Assembly (NCBI GenBank): GCA_002269645.1
Contig: NIVC01002345.1
Location: forward strand, 117,920-181,919
From: Macrostomum lignano
Lineage: Eukaryota
Direction of reading: 5' to 3'
DNA length: 64,000 nucleotides
How positions within the stretch are numbered: the stretch's first letter is position 1; each line of letters begins with the position of its first letter. Shown in pieces: positions 18,701-31,006 of this stretch. The notes below the pieces were generated by a model. The model searched no databases, was not told the DNA's origin, and saw only the letters and a list, made by a program, of their open reading frames with translations. Position numbers and translations under genes: made by a program.

Positions 18701-20916
18701 TCCACCCAACCTGAGAATTGCCCCTATTCCACCCAATCTGAGAATTGCCCCTATTCCACCCAACCTGAGAATTGCCCCTATTCCACCCAATCTGAGAATT
18801 GCCCCTATTCCACCCAACCTGAGAATTGCCCCTATTCCACCCAATCTGAGAATTGCCCCTATTCCACCCAATCTGAGAATTGCCCCTATTCCACCCAACC
18901 TGAGAATCGCCCCCTCTTTCTAGTCAACCTGAGAATCGCCTCTAATCCAGTACCAAAGAATCGCCCCTAATCCACCCAGCCAGGGAATCGCCTCAGTCTA
19001 ATCAACTACCTACAGTAGTATGACGGTAAGTTAGAAATCGGAAGAAACTCAGTTTGCCATAAATTATTCCAGATACGCCATAAAAGTGCTGCGCTCCCCG
19101 GACGGCGAGTCGCACATCTATCCAGTTGGCGAACTGAGCATTCAACGGGCCGCTGTTCTCGTATTGCAACAATGTGCCGTCGATTTTAACGCATTCAATC
19201 CGTATTTGGAGCAGGCCTACGCTAGCGCTAGGAATCGTTCGGCTCATAGGTGCGCGTCTCTAATCTGTGTGTAGCTATGCAAGTAGACCTATGTATCTGA
19301 TATGCTCATTTAGCTGTCACGATGCCGCAATAATTCCCCCAATTATTCTCCACGATGCCGCAATAATTCCCCTATTTATTCTCCACGATACTGCGATAAT
19401 TCCCCCAATTATTCTCCACGATGCCGCAATAATTCCCCCAATTATTCTCCACGATGCCGCAATAATTCCCCTATTCTTCTCCACGATAATTCCCCCAATT
19501 ATTCTCCACGATGCCGCAATAATTCCCCCAATTATTCTCCACGATGCCGCAATAATTCCCCCAATTATTCTCCACGATGCCGCAATAATTCCCCTATTTT
19601 TCTCCACGATAATTCCCCCAATTATTCTCCACGATGCCGCAATAATTCCCCCAATTATTCTCCACAATAATTCCCCCAATTATTCTCCACGATGCCGCAA
19701 TAATTCCCCTATTTATTCTCCACGATACTGCGATAATTCCCCCAATTATTCTCCACGATGCCGCAATAATTCCCCCAATTATTCTCCACAATAATTCCCC
19801 CAATTATTCTCCACGATGCCGCAATAATTCCCCCAATTATTCTCCACGATGCCGCAATAATTCCCCTATTATTCTCTACGATAATTCCCCCAATTATTCT
19901 CCACGATGCCGCAATAATTCCCCTATTTATTCTCCACTATAATTCCCGCAATTATTCTCCACGATACTGCGATAATTCCCCAATAATTATCCACGATGCC
20001 GCGATAATTCCCCCAATTATTCTCCACAGTGTTCTGCATTACCTACAATTGTAAACCAACACTAAATAAAAAAATGTACATCAGCCTACTAGTTAGTAGC
20101 AACTTTCGTTTTTTCTACCTTTAAAATTACTGTTATTTACAGACGGAGCTACCGTTTCTACGACGTGGACCAGGGCTCGCAGGCCAACGGTTCAGCAGCT
20201 GCTGGAGGCGATAACGGCGGCGGCGGCAATGGCGGAGGTCACAGCAGCAGCGGTAGGCACCAGCGTCGAGGTAGCGCTGCCGGAGGCGGTGGCGGCGGTG
20301 GCAGTCGGTCGGCGGCTGACCGATTCTATGACGAATGCGAGTACGAGCGCCGGCTGAGGAAGCGCCGGGCGCGCCTGGTCACAGCCGCTGAAGAGGCATT
20401 CGCGCACGTGCGCCGGGCCACGAACTCCGAGCTGATGGGTCCGCAGCACCTGCCGCAGCACATGCCCAGCAGCAGCAACAGCCGATTGGCAAACCAATGA
20501 GCGCCTACGAAGCCGCTCAAACCGTGTTTCCAACAATGCTACGCGCTCTGCAGAAATATTTGCGCATTACAAAGCAACAGCCGCGCTATACTACTGACAT
20601 GGTGCTGCACCATCTGACCAACTGCATTCACTACGGACTGTCCGCTAAAGCGTTTATTGAACGCTACCTGACCCAGGGCCCCGTGGTGGAGGACCCTCGC
20701 GCTCCGGCTGGGCGCAAGCGTCAGACCTGGACTCTGCTATGCGACTGCATGCCGTCCAGATCGCTAGACGATGGCGTTCAATTCTGCCTGCGCCAAGGCG
20801 ATGTGAGCCTGTTCTGCACAGTGAAGCGAATACCGTTCTTCAGCCTAGGCGAGGAAGTATTCGACAACAAGCGGCACAAATTCGTGCTCCGTCTGAATTC
20901 GGAGACTTCGGTTTGA
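15750..20916 (+). CDS. VANGL: Vang-like/Strabismus planar cell polarity protein. Exons 15750-16382, 16844-17166, 19073-19249, 20143-20916 (last exon has a -1 frame break near 20415)
   Basis: Contains MDVESMHS, DDNWGETNTALTGATSE, four hydrophobic segments (FWLFYGVR, ALLFVHYLGVVLLEIRHLQ), RSPDGESHIY..GELSIQRAA, YDECEYERRLRKRRARLVTAAEEAFAH, EAAQTVFPTMLRALQKYLRITKQQP and the C-terminal KFVLRLNSETSV PDZ ligand. GT-AG junctions are in phase. Confidence 0.97.
16535..16825. repeat. ~23-bp degenerate minisatellite (GATTCACTGTGATGATTGTCCCT) in Vangl intron 1
   Basis: Repeated GATTCACTGTGA cores. Confidence 0.85.
17228..18990. repeat. 27-bp minisatellite (AACCTGAGAATCGCCCCTAATCCAGCC), ~60 units, Vangl intron 2
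   Basis: The unit translates as NLRIAPNPA and produces the spurious 582-aa ORF. The left half has CCTAATCCAG variants and the right half CCTATTCCAC variants. Confidence 0.97.
19318..20027. repeat. 33-bp minisatellite (CCACGATGCCGCAATAATTCCCCCAATTATTCT), Vangl intron 3
   Basis: Tandem unit with an internal inverted repeat AATAATT-CCCCC-AATTATT; interspersed 24-bp deletion variants. Confidence 0.95.
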
Positions 20917-23900
20917 AAAAAAAACCGCAACAGACTTGCTGCGCGACCAGTTTTTTTGTTCGTTTGTTCAAAATTAAGACGCGAAAAGCCTCGCTACACT
21001 ACTAGTATAGCAAGCGCAGCTGATTTTAGCGAGTAGCGCTAGAAGCATTTTTCGCCGATATGTTGAAATTCAAGTCAAAATCAATAAACGAAACCAGTCT
21101 AAAGCAAAATGACAACGAATAATGATCTGTTTCTCTCGTCAAGGTCTGTTATATGTGCTTTGGTTTTTTTAAACAATGCTGCATGAAATTCTCTATATAT
21201 TGTCTGGCTTTGCTAATAATTTGTAAACTGACGTTAGACTTACCGGTTTTGTTATTCTGTATTGACGAATAAATTTTTGCTTTTTCTGCTTCTGCGCCTG
21301 CCATGGTTGCCCAATTGGTTTTCATTCATTGCTTTTTAATGCAAACAATAAATTGTACTGGATAAAAATAAATCTAAAATTATTCTCTAGGTTCATTTTC
21401 TTTTTCGATTTTTGTTATAATACTGCCATTGTAGTAACTTATAATATTGTTTTAATACTTTGCTTGCATCAGCTATATTAATCATATTTGTTCTCTGTTT
21501 TAGAAAATTAGTCAACTGCGCGTGTGTAAAAACAAATTTTTAGTATATTTTGATGATGAATAAACTTACTATAAAAAGACTAGTATTAGTATTATTGTGA
21601 TGTAAAAGTAAAAATGTAAATATTATTTTCGCACGAAAGATATAATCATTGAATTCGTGCGTTTTTATATCTTTTATAATAATAGTCAAAATCTTTATTG
21701 CTACTATACAATAGTAGCAGCATCTGTTCATGCTTGGATTAAATTAATATTAATTGTTTATCCTAATGCTTTTGTACCGACTTGTCTATATAGTATTAAG
21801 ATATGAATTTGTAATGCTTTAAGGTAGCCTAATTTTATTATTTTATGCTTTACTATGCTATCAAAAATTTGCTCTGTTTGTTGTTCTCAAAGCTTTTAGA
21901 GTTTTCCTCGCAAATTATTTAGCTAAACACGACACCTGAATTTGGTGTGGAACTAGCTTTTTAATAATCCTGTTTATAAATGTTTTTATTACTTTAAGTA
22001 GTTTACGAAGCTACTGTTCAAATACAGTTAATTTTGCAGACAGTCTAATATTGTGTTTTATTGCAGTTAATAATGTGTGTCTGACTCTAATAATGATATT
22101 CTTTAATAATATTGTTTTAGTTCACTGTTAGATTGCTACTAGTACTATATGCGAATAGCTTATGATTTATAAGCATGGCTAATTTGCGAGTTGGCTCCTG
22201 TCAAAAAGGTAATTTTTTATCCTGTGCAATCTTGTCATTTAAAATGGCCTGGTTTCATATAAACAAATACAGTTTTATAGTTGCTTGTTGCTATACTAGA
22301 ATTGTGAATGAGTGATGCTTTATTATGAATTTCACTTTTCTTTAGTGTTTTAGTGTTTCTTTTTTTTTGTCTTCGGTGTCGAACTATCTTAAAATAGCGC
22401 GCCTACTTGAACTTATCGTAATTAGCAATCCCCAAACTATTATTAGGATAATTATTCGCTTTACTGATCAATTTATTACAACTAGGCAGGTGGCGCACTT
22501 TAATCGGAATTGTCACACAACCGGCGAGAGGCATTACTGCTCATTCCGCCAATTCCCCTGAGCAGGCACACAAGCACTTACGTACGCATTCATACGCACA
22601 GGCACACAGGAGTTTCAGCGGCCCTAACTTTATTTACCGTTAGGCATTTACACTCCATTGTGCCTTGGAGGTTTGCCTTGCACGAGCAGAGTCAAGTCGA
22701 GATTCCAAAATTAATGTAATTACACTTGGAATCGAGCCTGGGCTTGCTGGCACAAGAACGCCGCCCTAGACCTCAAACTGTATTCTAAGACGCAATTGTT
22801 AACTTTGGAGGTAACGAAAACTTATTTCGTCGTATTCATAAAATATGAATTTTTCAATAAGGCTAATTTCATTTCACTATGGAGTTTCTGGTACTCGATA
22901 AAAAAATCAATCATTCGGCTCGGCTGACGATTGTACTGCATATGCGCTTGTTCATTGCATCAACAAATGTAGAGACGAGTAGGGGCCATTAATTCTAACT
23001 ATTAAAAATTCTAAAATATAATTTTATAGAATAAAATAGTATAGAATACAATACAAAAATTCGTTCTACAAGTTTAAGGCCGTAGCAGTTGTTTTATTGC
23101 AAACGTATTTAAATTTTCTTTTTTCTTTGACATCGTAGGGCAGGCCACATGCTGCGGTCACTTTGCATCCGTCACGCGCGGCAATCTTCTGTATAATGCG
23201 TGCGTGCGTGGGCTCACTCTGAGCCTGCGTGTATACTGGCTTTTCTGGCTTGGTTGATTACGTATACAATCACTAGCAGTAGCTACTAAGTAAATACTAT
23301 TTTACTGGGCTTAAAATTGGCTATTTATAAGGTAGGCAGTAGCAGTAGCCAGTAGGCTGGATTTAAGGATAAGTAGGGTCCTGTTACTCGACAATAAATA
23401 CAATAAATACAAAAGGCAAACGTAAAAAATACATTAACAAAAGTTTTTAGACAGTTGTTGTAATATTGTTATATTATAGGCCTAGTTGTTATTTTTGCAT
23501 TTATACTAACTGATTTACACACTTACATTAAGTGGTGAGTTAATTATTTTTACAGTCAAAACATAAAACAAATACCATCTAAATTAAATGACGAAATTAC
23601 AATGCAAATAATAAGAGGTGCTTAAATTTTGAAAAGAAACTTTTTTGCTATTTATGCAGTCACCATACTATACTACTAGCCTACCAAGTTTTTATTACTT
23701 GACCAATTTTCAAAAGTAGGCCTAGCACTTATCTTATTTTGAAATTTAGGATTTATTAAATACCATAGTGTGGATTGTGTATTAGTGCAGGCAAGGTCTA
23801 GTGTGGGAAAAACACAGGACTACATTTGGGATTACAGTCATTTGGGGGGTTCAAAGACCTTTTGGCAAAGGGCATTTCGGCAAAAGTTAGATACCTTAGG

Positions 23901-24589
23901 CCTATTATTAGTCATTTTGGCAAAAGCAATATACTAATGCCAAACAGCACTATGGTAGGAACCTTAGAATTCATTGACTGACCAAATTTAGACTTTGTGA
24001 ATTGTGGCAATGGTATTATATACAGGCACAGCAGTATGTTTGAATTGCATATATCCTACCTATCATCATCACAATATACTAAATCTCTAAGGTCTGTCTG
24101 ACCGGTATTCCAGTCCACAGCCTGAATGCCTAAACCGATTTTTTTCAAACTTGCTTTATTCAACTCAAAATTATTGTGAGATTGTGTGGGTGTAATTGCA
24201 TTGAAAAATTTGAATAGAAAGATGGTTAAATATTCGAAAAATGAGTTTTCCCAATACTTTCAATGGAAAGCTAGAAAAGGTCAAAATCTCACTAACTGAA
24301 TTTCAATTCCAATTAAGATTGCGCCACAACTTTTCTCTGTTCACTGTGTACGCCTCAATACTGGCTGCAGTGTGCAAGGGAGAGGAAAAATGCTCAGTGG
24401 CTGCGTGTGTACATTCTGACCCTGGCTGACTGGCGGACGGCATAGAGAATTGCTATTTATAGATTTCACTCAACTGTGCATTGGCTCTACCTGCATACAA
24501 CCTATGCACACTGAGCAGCCTATCACTGCTATGTATTTGACTGCAGTGCCAAAGCATATATGGCTGATTTTTGCGCCCTCCGATCAGTA

Positions 24590-24670
24590 GGCGGAATAGC
24601 CGCAGTGTAGGCACTAGGACTAGGTTTAGGCTAGGCATAAGGTCCAAGGTTCGAGTCCGCCTCCCCAGCG
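24590..24670 (+). other. tRNA-derived Pol III promoter-like sequence (SINE head or tRNA pseudogene)
   Basis: A-box-like TAGCCGCAGTGTAGG and B-box GGTTCGAGTCC. The 5' GGCGGA can pair with TCCGCC, but no complete cloverleaf can be drawn. Confidence 0.45.
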
Positions 24671-24887
24671 GATAATTAAAATTAAATAAATTCATTCATT
24701 AGTAGCTTCTACCTCGACTATTTTGAACAGTTTTTGATTAATTGTAATTAATTTTTTTATTAATTACAATAATTTATTTTTGCTACTCGCACAAGCCACT
24801 AAGCAAATTTGATTTGATTTGTAAAATTCTAAGATCCCATTAATTGTTATTATCTAGGTTTATAGAAATAGATATTACTAAACTGCA

Positions 24888-25160
24888 GATGATGCTGCTA
24901 AACTGCTGAGGCATTGCTAAATGATGAGTGGTGCAAAAAATTGCTGATATGTATCGAAAATCGATTAGTGAGCCATAAAATGCTGAGCTAATTTCTACAT
25001 TGTTGAAAGGATCATTGCAGTAGACGATGCTGCTAAACTGCTGAGGTATTGCTAAATGCTGAGTTGCGCAAGACTGCCAATATGTATCGAAAATTGATTA
25101 GTGCGCTGTCGTAAATGCTGAGCAAATTTTTAAATCATTGAAATCATTGAAAAGATCATT
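24888..25160. repeat. Diverged ~135-bp tandem duplication
   Basis: Two copies of GA(T/C)GATGCTGCTAAACTGCTGAGG...ATATGTATCGAAAAT...GATCATTGCAGT. Confidence 0.75.
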
Positions 25161-25679
25161 GCAGTTTGCTGAGAATACTGAGGGGCCAGCTGAGAGAACT
25201 GCAGACTGCTGAGGGGATAAATGAGAATTATTAAGGAAACACTTGCTGACTGCAAATGAATTGACTGCACACTACTGAGGGGAACTGCAGATTGTTGAAG
25301 GGATCATTGCAGACTGCAAAGGGGACAAACTGCAAACTGCTGACGTTGGTTAGTTTCTCGAGACTTATGAGCGTATAAGCTGCAAACTGCCGAGGGGATA
25401 GCTGCAGACTGCTAGGATAATAATGGCAGACTTCTGAGGCGGATATTTTAAGTGTGAATAATTGTAGCTTGCAGAAGGGACAATTCTGGGTCCCTGAGGG
25501 ATAAATGAATGATAATAATAAAAGTTGTAGAGTACAAATGAATTGTATGACTGCAGTCTGTTTTGCGGAATTAGAAGGGATAATTTTAGGTTGTTGTGGG
25601 GATAACTGCCAATTTCTGGGGAGGGTTTAACTTTAAACTTCTGAGGCGACAATAGTAGTCACCTTTTAGCAGTTTGGGA

Positions 25680-26420
25680 GTGGTGCTAATCTGGGGAGCG
25701 GTGCTAATCTAAGGGAGTGGGGCTAATATAAAGGAGTGGGGGGGGGGCTAATCTGGAGGAAGTAGCGGTGCAAATTTTTGTGGAGTGGTGCAAATCTGGA
25801 GAAGTAGTGCTGTGCTAATCTGGGAAGGTGAAACTATCTGGGAAGCGGCAGTAATCTGTGGAGCGGTGCTAATCTAGGGTGAGTGCTAATCTGGGCTGAG
25901 TGCTAATCTAGGCTGAGTGCTAATCTGGGCTGAGTGCTAATCTGGGCTGAGTACTAATCTAGGCTGAGTGCTAATCTGGGCTGAGTGCTAATCTAGGCTG
26001 AGTGCTAATCTGGGCTGAGTACTAATCTAGGCTGAGTGCTAATCTGGGCTGAGTGCTAATCTGGGCTGAGTGCTAATCTAGGCTGAGTGCTAATCTGGGC
26101 TGAGTGCTAATCTAGGCTGAGTGCTAATCTGGGCTGAGTGCTAATCTAGGCTGAGTGCTAATCTGGGCTGAGTGCTAATCTGGGCTGAGTGCTAATCTGG
26201 GCTGAGTGCTAATCTAGGCTGAGTGCTAATCTGGGCACAGTGCTAATCTGGGCATAGTGCTAATCTGGGGGAAGTGGGGCTAATCTGGGGGTGTGCGGCT
26301 AATATGGGGGGAGTAGTGCTAATCTGGGGGAAGTGGGGCTAATCTGGGGGTGTAGGCAAGGACCACTATGGTACAGTGGTCCTTGGGTGTAGGGCTAATG
26401 TGGGAGAATAGTGGTAATCT
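25680..26420. repeat. 17-bp minisatellite (GAGTGCTAATCT(A/G)GGCT) with degenerate flanks
   Basis: Homogeneous core at ~25880-26250; GCTAATCT-containing degenerate units on both sides. Confidence 0.93.
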
Positions 26421-29400
26421 GGTGAGGATTTGAAAATAATGAATAATCATAAAAGAACTATAAATGAATTGACATTGCAAAGTTTCAAACATTAAGAAAT
26501 GTAACTTTTTAGAACTTTTTAGTCTCAGTAAAATTGGTGTACAACTGCTTAGAGATTTGCTACTGCAGAACTGCGCGGAGATTAGTGAGATATGCTCAGC
26601 GACTGTGCAAAACTGCTTATAGACAAGCGCTAAACTGCTAAGAAGCCACCCGGAGGGGGGCTAAATGGCTAGTAGTATTTCTAAGGTTATTTCTTTGCAT
26701 ATGTATCAGCCAACAGGGGTGTTTCCTGTATACTAAGAAATCCTAATTCTGACACCAAAGTTGTCCTAAGGGTATCTTTAATCCCTCCATTAAGCCACCA
26801 AAGTTGTTGTAGGGCACTTTCTTTAATAATAATATCCCAATTGCTGATACCAAGTGGTAATAGTGCTCTTTGTTCTCTTTTTTATAAATCTTACTGATGT
26901 TACCAAAGTTGTTACAAGGCTAAACCTCTATATAATTCTATTGAAAAGGCTATTAAGTTGTTATAGAGGTTAACTTTTGTCTTTTTAAAATGTTCTAATA
27001 CTGGTAGCTGCTACCAAGACTATCACAATATACTAAATCTCTAAGGTTTGTATGCTTGTTATATTCTAAATTTATATTTCTTAGAAAGGTGCAGCCCATT
27101 TTGGCAAATGAATTTTTGGCAAAAGACACTTTAGCAAAAGTGAATTTTAAGTTTCAATAGATATACATTTTGGCGAAAGAAAGTAACCAGTTTGGCAAAA
27201 AGATGGGCTACGCATATATTGCAAATATACCACTTTGGTGATTGAAGCTTTTAATAAATTGTTCATTGCTGCAAGTTATTTGCAGTTAGAAAATTTAAAA
27301 ACTCATGACTTAGCTTGTAGCTATGTTATGTAAATGCAATCTATCAATATGCAGTCGATGTATTAGGGATGATGACGGTGTGGTTTTTCAGATTAAATCC
27401 TAGGCTCCTAAAATTGTACTTTGAAATTCCACCATAATGGAAGGGCATCTAATAAATCAACTTAATTAAACTGTGACAAAACAAAAACATGTTTAGATAA
27501 AATTAGTCTTTTTAAAGTTTGTGGTTTTTTTACTTACTTCTAAAATAAAAAACTTCTCAGCAAAGCTTAGAATAATTTTTTTGCCAAAATGGTCAGCTTT
27601 AGACAAAATGGTCATTGCAAGAGTATTTTTCGCCATTATTGACTTTCGCTGAAGTATTTCTTTCGCCAAAGTAGATTGAAGCCTCCTAGAATAAGTCAGA
27701 ATGTTTCTTAGAATTAGTCAGAGTACTTTATCTAAGCATAGGTCTAAGTAGTGGTCTGAGTATTATTCTTAGTATTCTCAATATATTAGTTGTGTTCTAT
27801 TGTTATTCTGCTAGCATTTTGGTATTATTCTGGCCTGAGTGGTATTTTGGTCTACTGGTATATGTACTTTGTATTTCCAATCCTATGCATTACTGAGATC
27901 AGAGAGAGGGTCATAGCCTTCATAGTTCTCTATGTACTGCTAGGTTCTATTTTGTATTCTACTTATCACTTCTAGTTCTTAGTAATATATACAGTATGCA
28001 CTTCCTTCTACTTTACTTCTCTTAGTAAAATTAATTAACACAGAGAATAGTCTAAGTATATTTGCTTGGAAAACTTCTTCTTCAATTGTTTATTAAACTC
28101 CTTACAAACTGCAGTGAAGGCATTGTTCTCTTCTCTGCTATGTTACAACAAGAAGTGTTTCTTAGTTTTAGCACAAATTCGAAATGTAATGTATGGTTAT
28201 TAAATTTGTAAAAAGAACTAGGGGGGCCCTGCATACGTATTGTAATTTGTATAGACAATATATAAGTACACAAGTATTAGTTTCAGATATTATATTTGTT
28301 TAAATGTAACCATCAAAGGTTAATATCATATAAATATGAATGTATATATATGTACATTGAAGCACTATATTGCAACCATGCATATGGATACATGTATAGT
28401 TTTTATAATGCTTGCTTCCAATCTATTTACATGTTCAAATCATCACATGTATGAATACTACATGTACAATATGTACAATAAATGGAATAATCATGATATA
28501 TGTATTAGATTTACTAAATTGGCTTTGGTTGAATTGGTTTTTCAATTAAATTGATTCTCAATTAGACTTTGTTTACACCAGGTACAATTTTAAATTCTAA
28601 TATATCAGTTTGATCAGCCACTTTCGCTGTGTCCACTTTTGTAATAGCTTCTACCCACTTTCTTTTTAAGACCAAAGGTTTTCAATAAATAGTCATTTGG
28701 TCATTTTGTCAAATAGGCCTAGTCCTATTAAAAAAAGATGTGTGCATAATTTCCAATTCAAATTAAAGTAAATACTCTACTCTAGATGAGTTGCTTATAA
28801 TTTGATGACTTGATAAAAAATAAGTCAGTATTAGAAAGAAGTATACTTCTTATTTAAAGTGAAGTGTTTCTAAAAAACTAATTACTAATTACTCTAATTA
28901 CTAAAGGGAACCATGATAAGTATTCATAAATACTCAATTCTGCTTTTTGCACTTTGCACTTTAATTTTTAACATGTAACTTTAACCTAAATTTAAAATCA
29001 TATGCATCTATTTCCCACTATTTGACAAAATGGCAAAATGACTATTTGACAAAAAGGATTTTGACAAAATGTCTTAAAATTGAAACAAACTAATATTATT
29101 ATTACCAAATTGAATCTAATGTTACCAAGTGGGCATACTTTGTTACCTAAGTGAGCTATATCCATTGTTAGCCCCATGGCCTATTGCCCTACCATAGGCC
29201 CCTAGTCAAGAAAATGGCCTATGGCATGAAAATTCTATTATGTAAAAATTGTCAAAAAGGGCATTTGTCCTCTGATAGACTTGGCAAATAATCTAAATAT
29301 ACTAAATCTAATACACTAAATCTTTAAGGTTTGTATGCTTATCATTGTCATGTATACTAAAGTCATTAATAATGGACTTGATAATAATATACAAATTATT

Positions 29401-29894
29401 ATCAAGGCTAATGTAAGTTAGCATAAATTCTGAGAATTATATGAATTCATATAATATTTATGCAAGGCAGTGCTTATTGTCAATGGTTTTATCCTAATAA
29501 TGTCAATATTATCCACACAGTGCCATACTAATAATGTCCTGCTTATTCCCATACCAGCTAAATTATAGTATATATAGTGTTATATTAAAATGTTGTAACA
29601 TAATAAGTTATAATGTTGATATCTAATGTCAATAAACTATTGATATTATTTATATTCCTATGCCTATAAAGACTTCTTCAAGTTTAGATATATAGAATAA
29701 ATATTTCCAGTTTTAATTTTAGATCTTAATTTTGTTTTATAAATCTTTTTTATCCTTAGCATAATAATTATGTAACAAAATAGATTTAAACTAGGCCTAC
29801 AATAGTTAAAGCATTAAGACAAATCAAACTAGGCTAGGCTTTTTAAAAAATGTATGACCTATATTAGCCTAGGCCCTAATATATAATAGTAGCC

Positions 29895-30731
29895 CAGTGT
29901 TAAGCACAGGTCCAATACTCCAATACTCCAATAGTATCGCCAATACCATTTGAGTATCAGAGTATTGGACCTTGTTACTTTTTTCTCAGTATTGGACCTT
30001 GGTATTGCCAATACATTTTCTTAAGTTCAATAATCTGATACATTTAATCAAACTAATAGTAATAAATTTGACTAAAAAGCTTAAAAAGTATTTAAAAAAG
30101 TAACAGGAAGTATAGAAAGGATGTTCTCCATGCAAAATGCACTCCACTGGCCAATTTGACCCTCATGAGGCTGGTACTTCTCCGGGGCAACCAGCATATC
30201 CCACTCGAGCTGCTCTGAATTGAATTCTGAAATGATATTAGCTATTAATCGAGTAGGTTCCTGTTAAATTGTTCATAAATTTAATTTAGTGAAAGTCAAG
30301 TAACATCCAATTTCTAATCAATGAGTTGGAGTTTTTACATATCATGCGCATTATTATTTTTGTATCATCTATCATGTAGTCTTTTCATCTTAATGTACTA
30401 TGTAGGTGCAAATGCTAATATAAATATAATGAAAATTTATAACAATATTTTGCCCATTTAATCTTCTTCTCTGATCAGCCACGTCTCACTAAAGTCTTTA
30501 GTGTCTAAAAATTAAGTAGCTAAGAGCTTTTTCTTCATTTTTGGCTTGATAGATGCAGAAAAGTGAGAAAATGCAAAAAAATGATGTATCGGACCAAGTA
30601 TTGGAATAAAGTATTGCACGATACTCAAATTTTGGTATGGGACCAACAAATATCGCCAATGCCTTTTAGAGTATTGGTATTGGAGTATCGCTTTAAAACA
30701 ATACTTTTTTAAAGTATCATGCCCAACACTG
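29895..30731. mobile_element. hAT-type non-autonomous transposon (837 bp), CAGTGTT...AACACTG termini, 8-bp TSD AAGTAGCC/CAGTAGCC
   Basis: TIR plus mirrored subterminal CAATACT/AGTATTG arrays; the TSD matches at 7 of 8 positions (29887-29894, 30732-30739). Confidence 0.85.
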
Positions 30732-31006
30732 CAGTAGCCTTGATTTTTGTTTCTAAAAATAGACAGTTTTACATATTATTGCTTCTTTTATAGCTTGTCT
30801 AAATTATTTTTTATAAGTTATAGGCCATTAGAAAATAGTAGCTAAGTTTATGAATTTACAAGAATTTTTTAGGATGTTTTCTTCTATTGTGTTTCTATTT
30901 TATATAATATAGTATAGTGGCTAACTTATTAAAAACGAAGGCTCATTCAGACAATTTGTAGCAATCTCTTATTGGCCATTCCAGCACTGACCAGTTAACC
31001 CAGTAA

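Noticed and set aside
17175-18923. 582-aa ORF (NLRIAPNPA)n and its antisense ORFs
   Set aside because: Artefact of a stop-free 27-bp minisatellite inside Vangl intron 2; Vangl splices cleanly around it.
19267-19803. ORFs (HDAAIIPPIIL)n and their antisense partners
   Set aside because: Translations of the 33-bp intronic repeat.
22695-22740. GATTCCAA...TTGGAATC hairpin as a possible pre-miRNA
   Set aside because: The stem is only ~8-10 bp, too short for a miRNA precursor.
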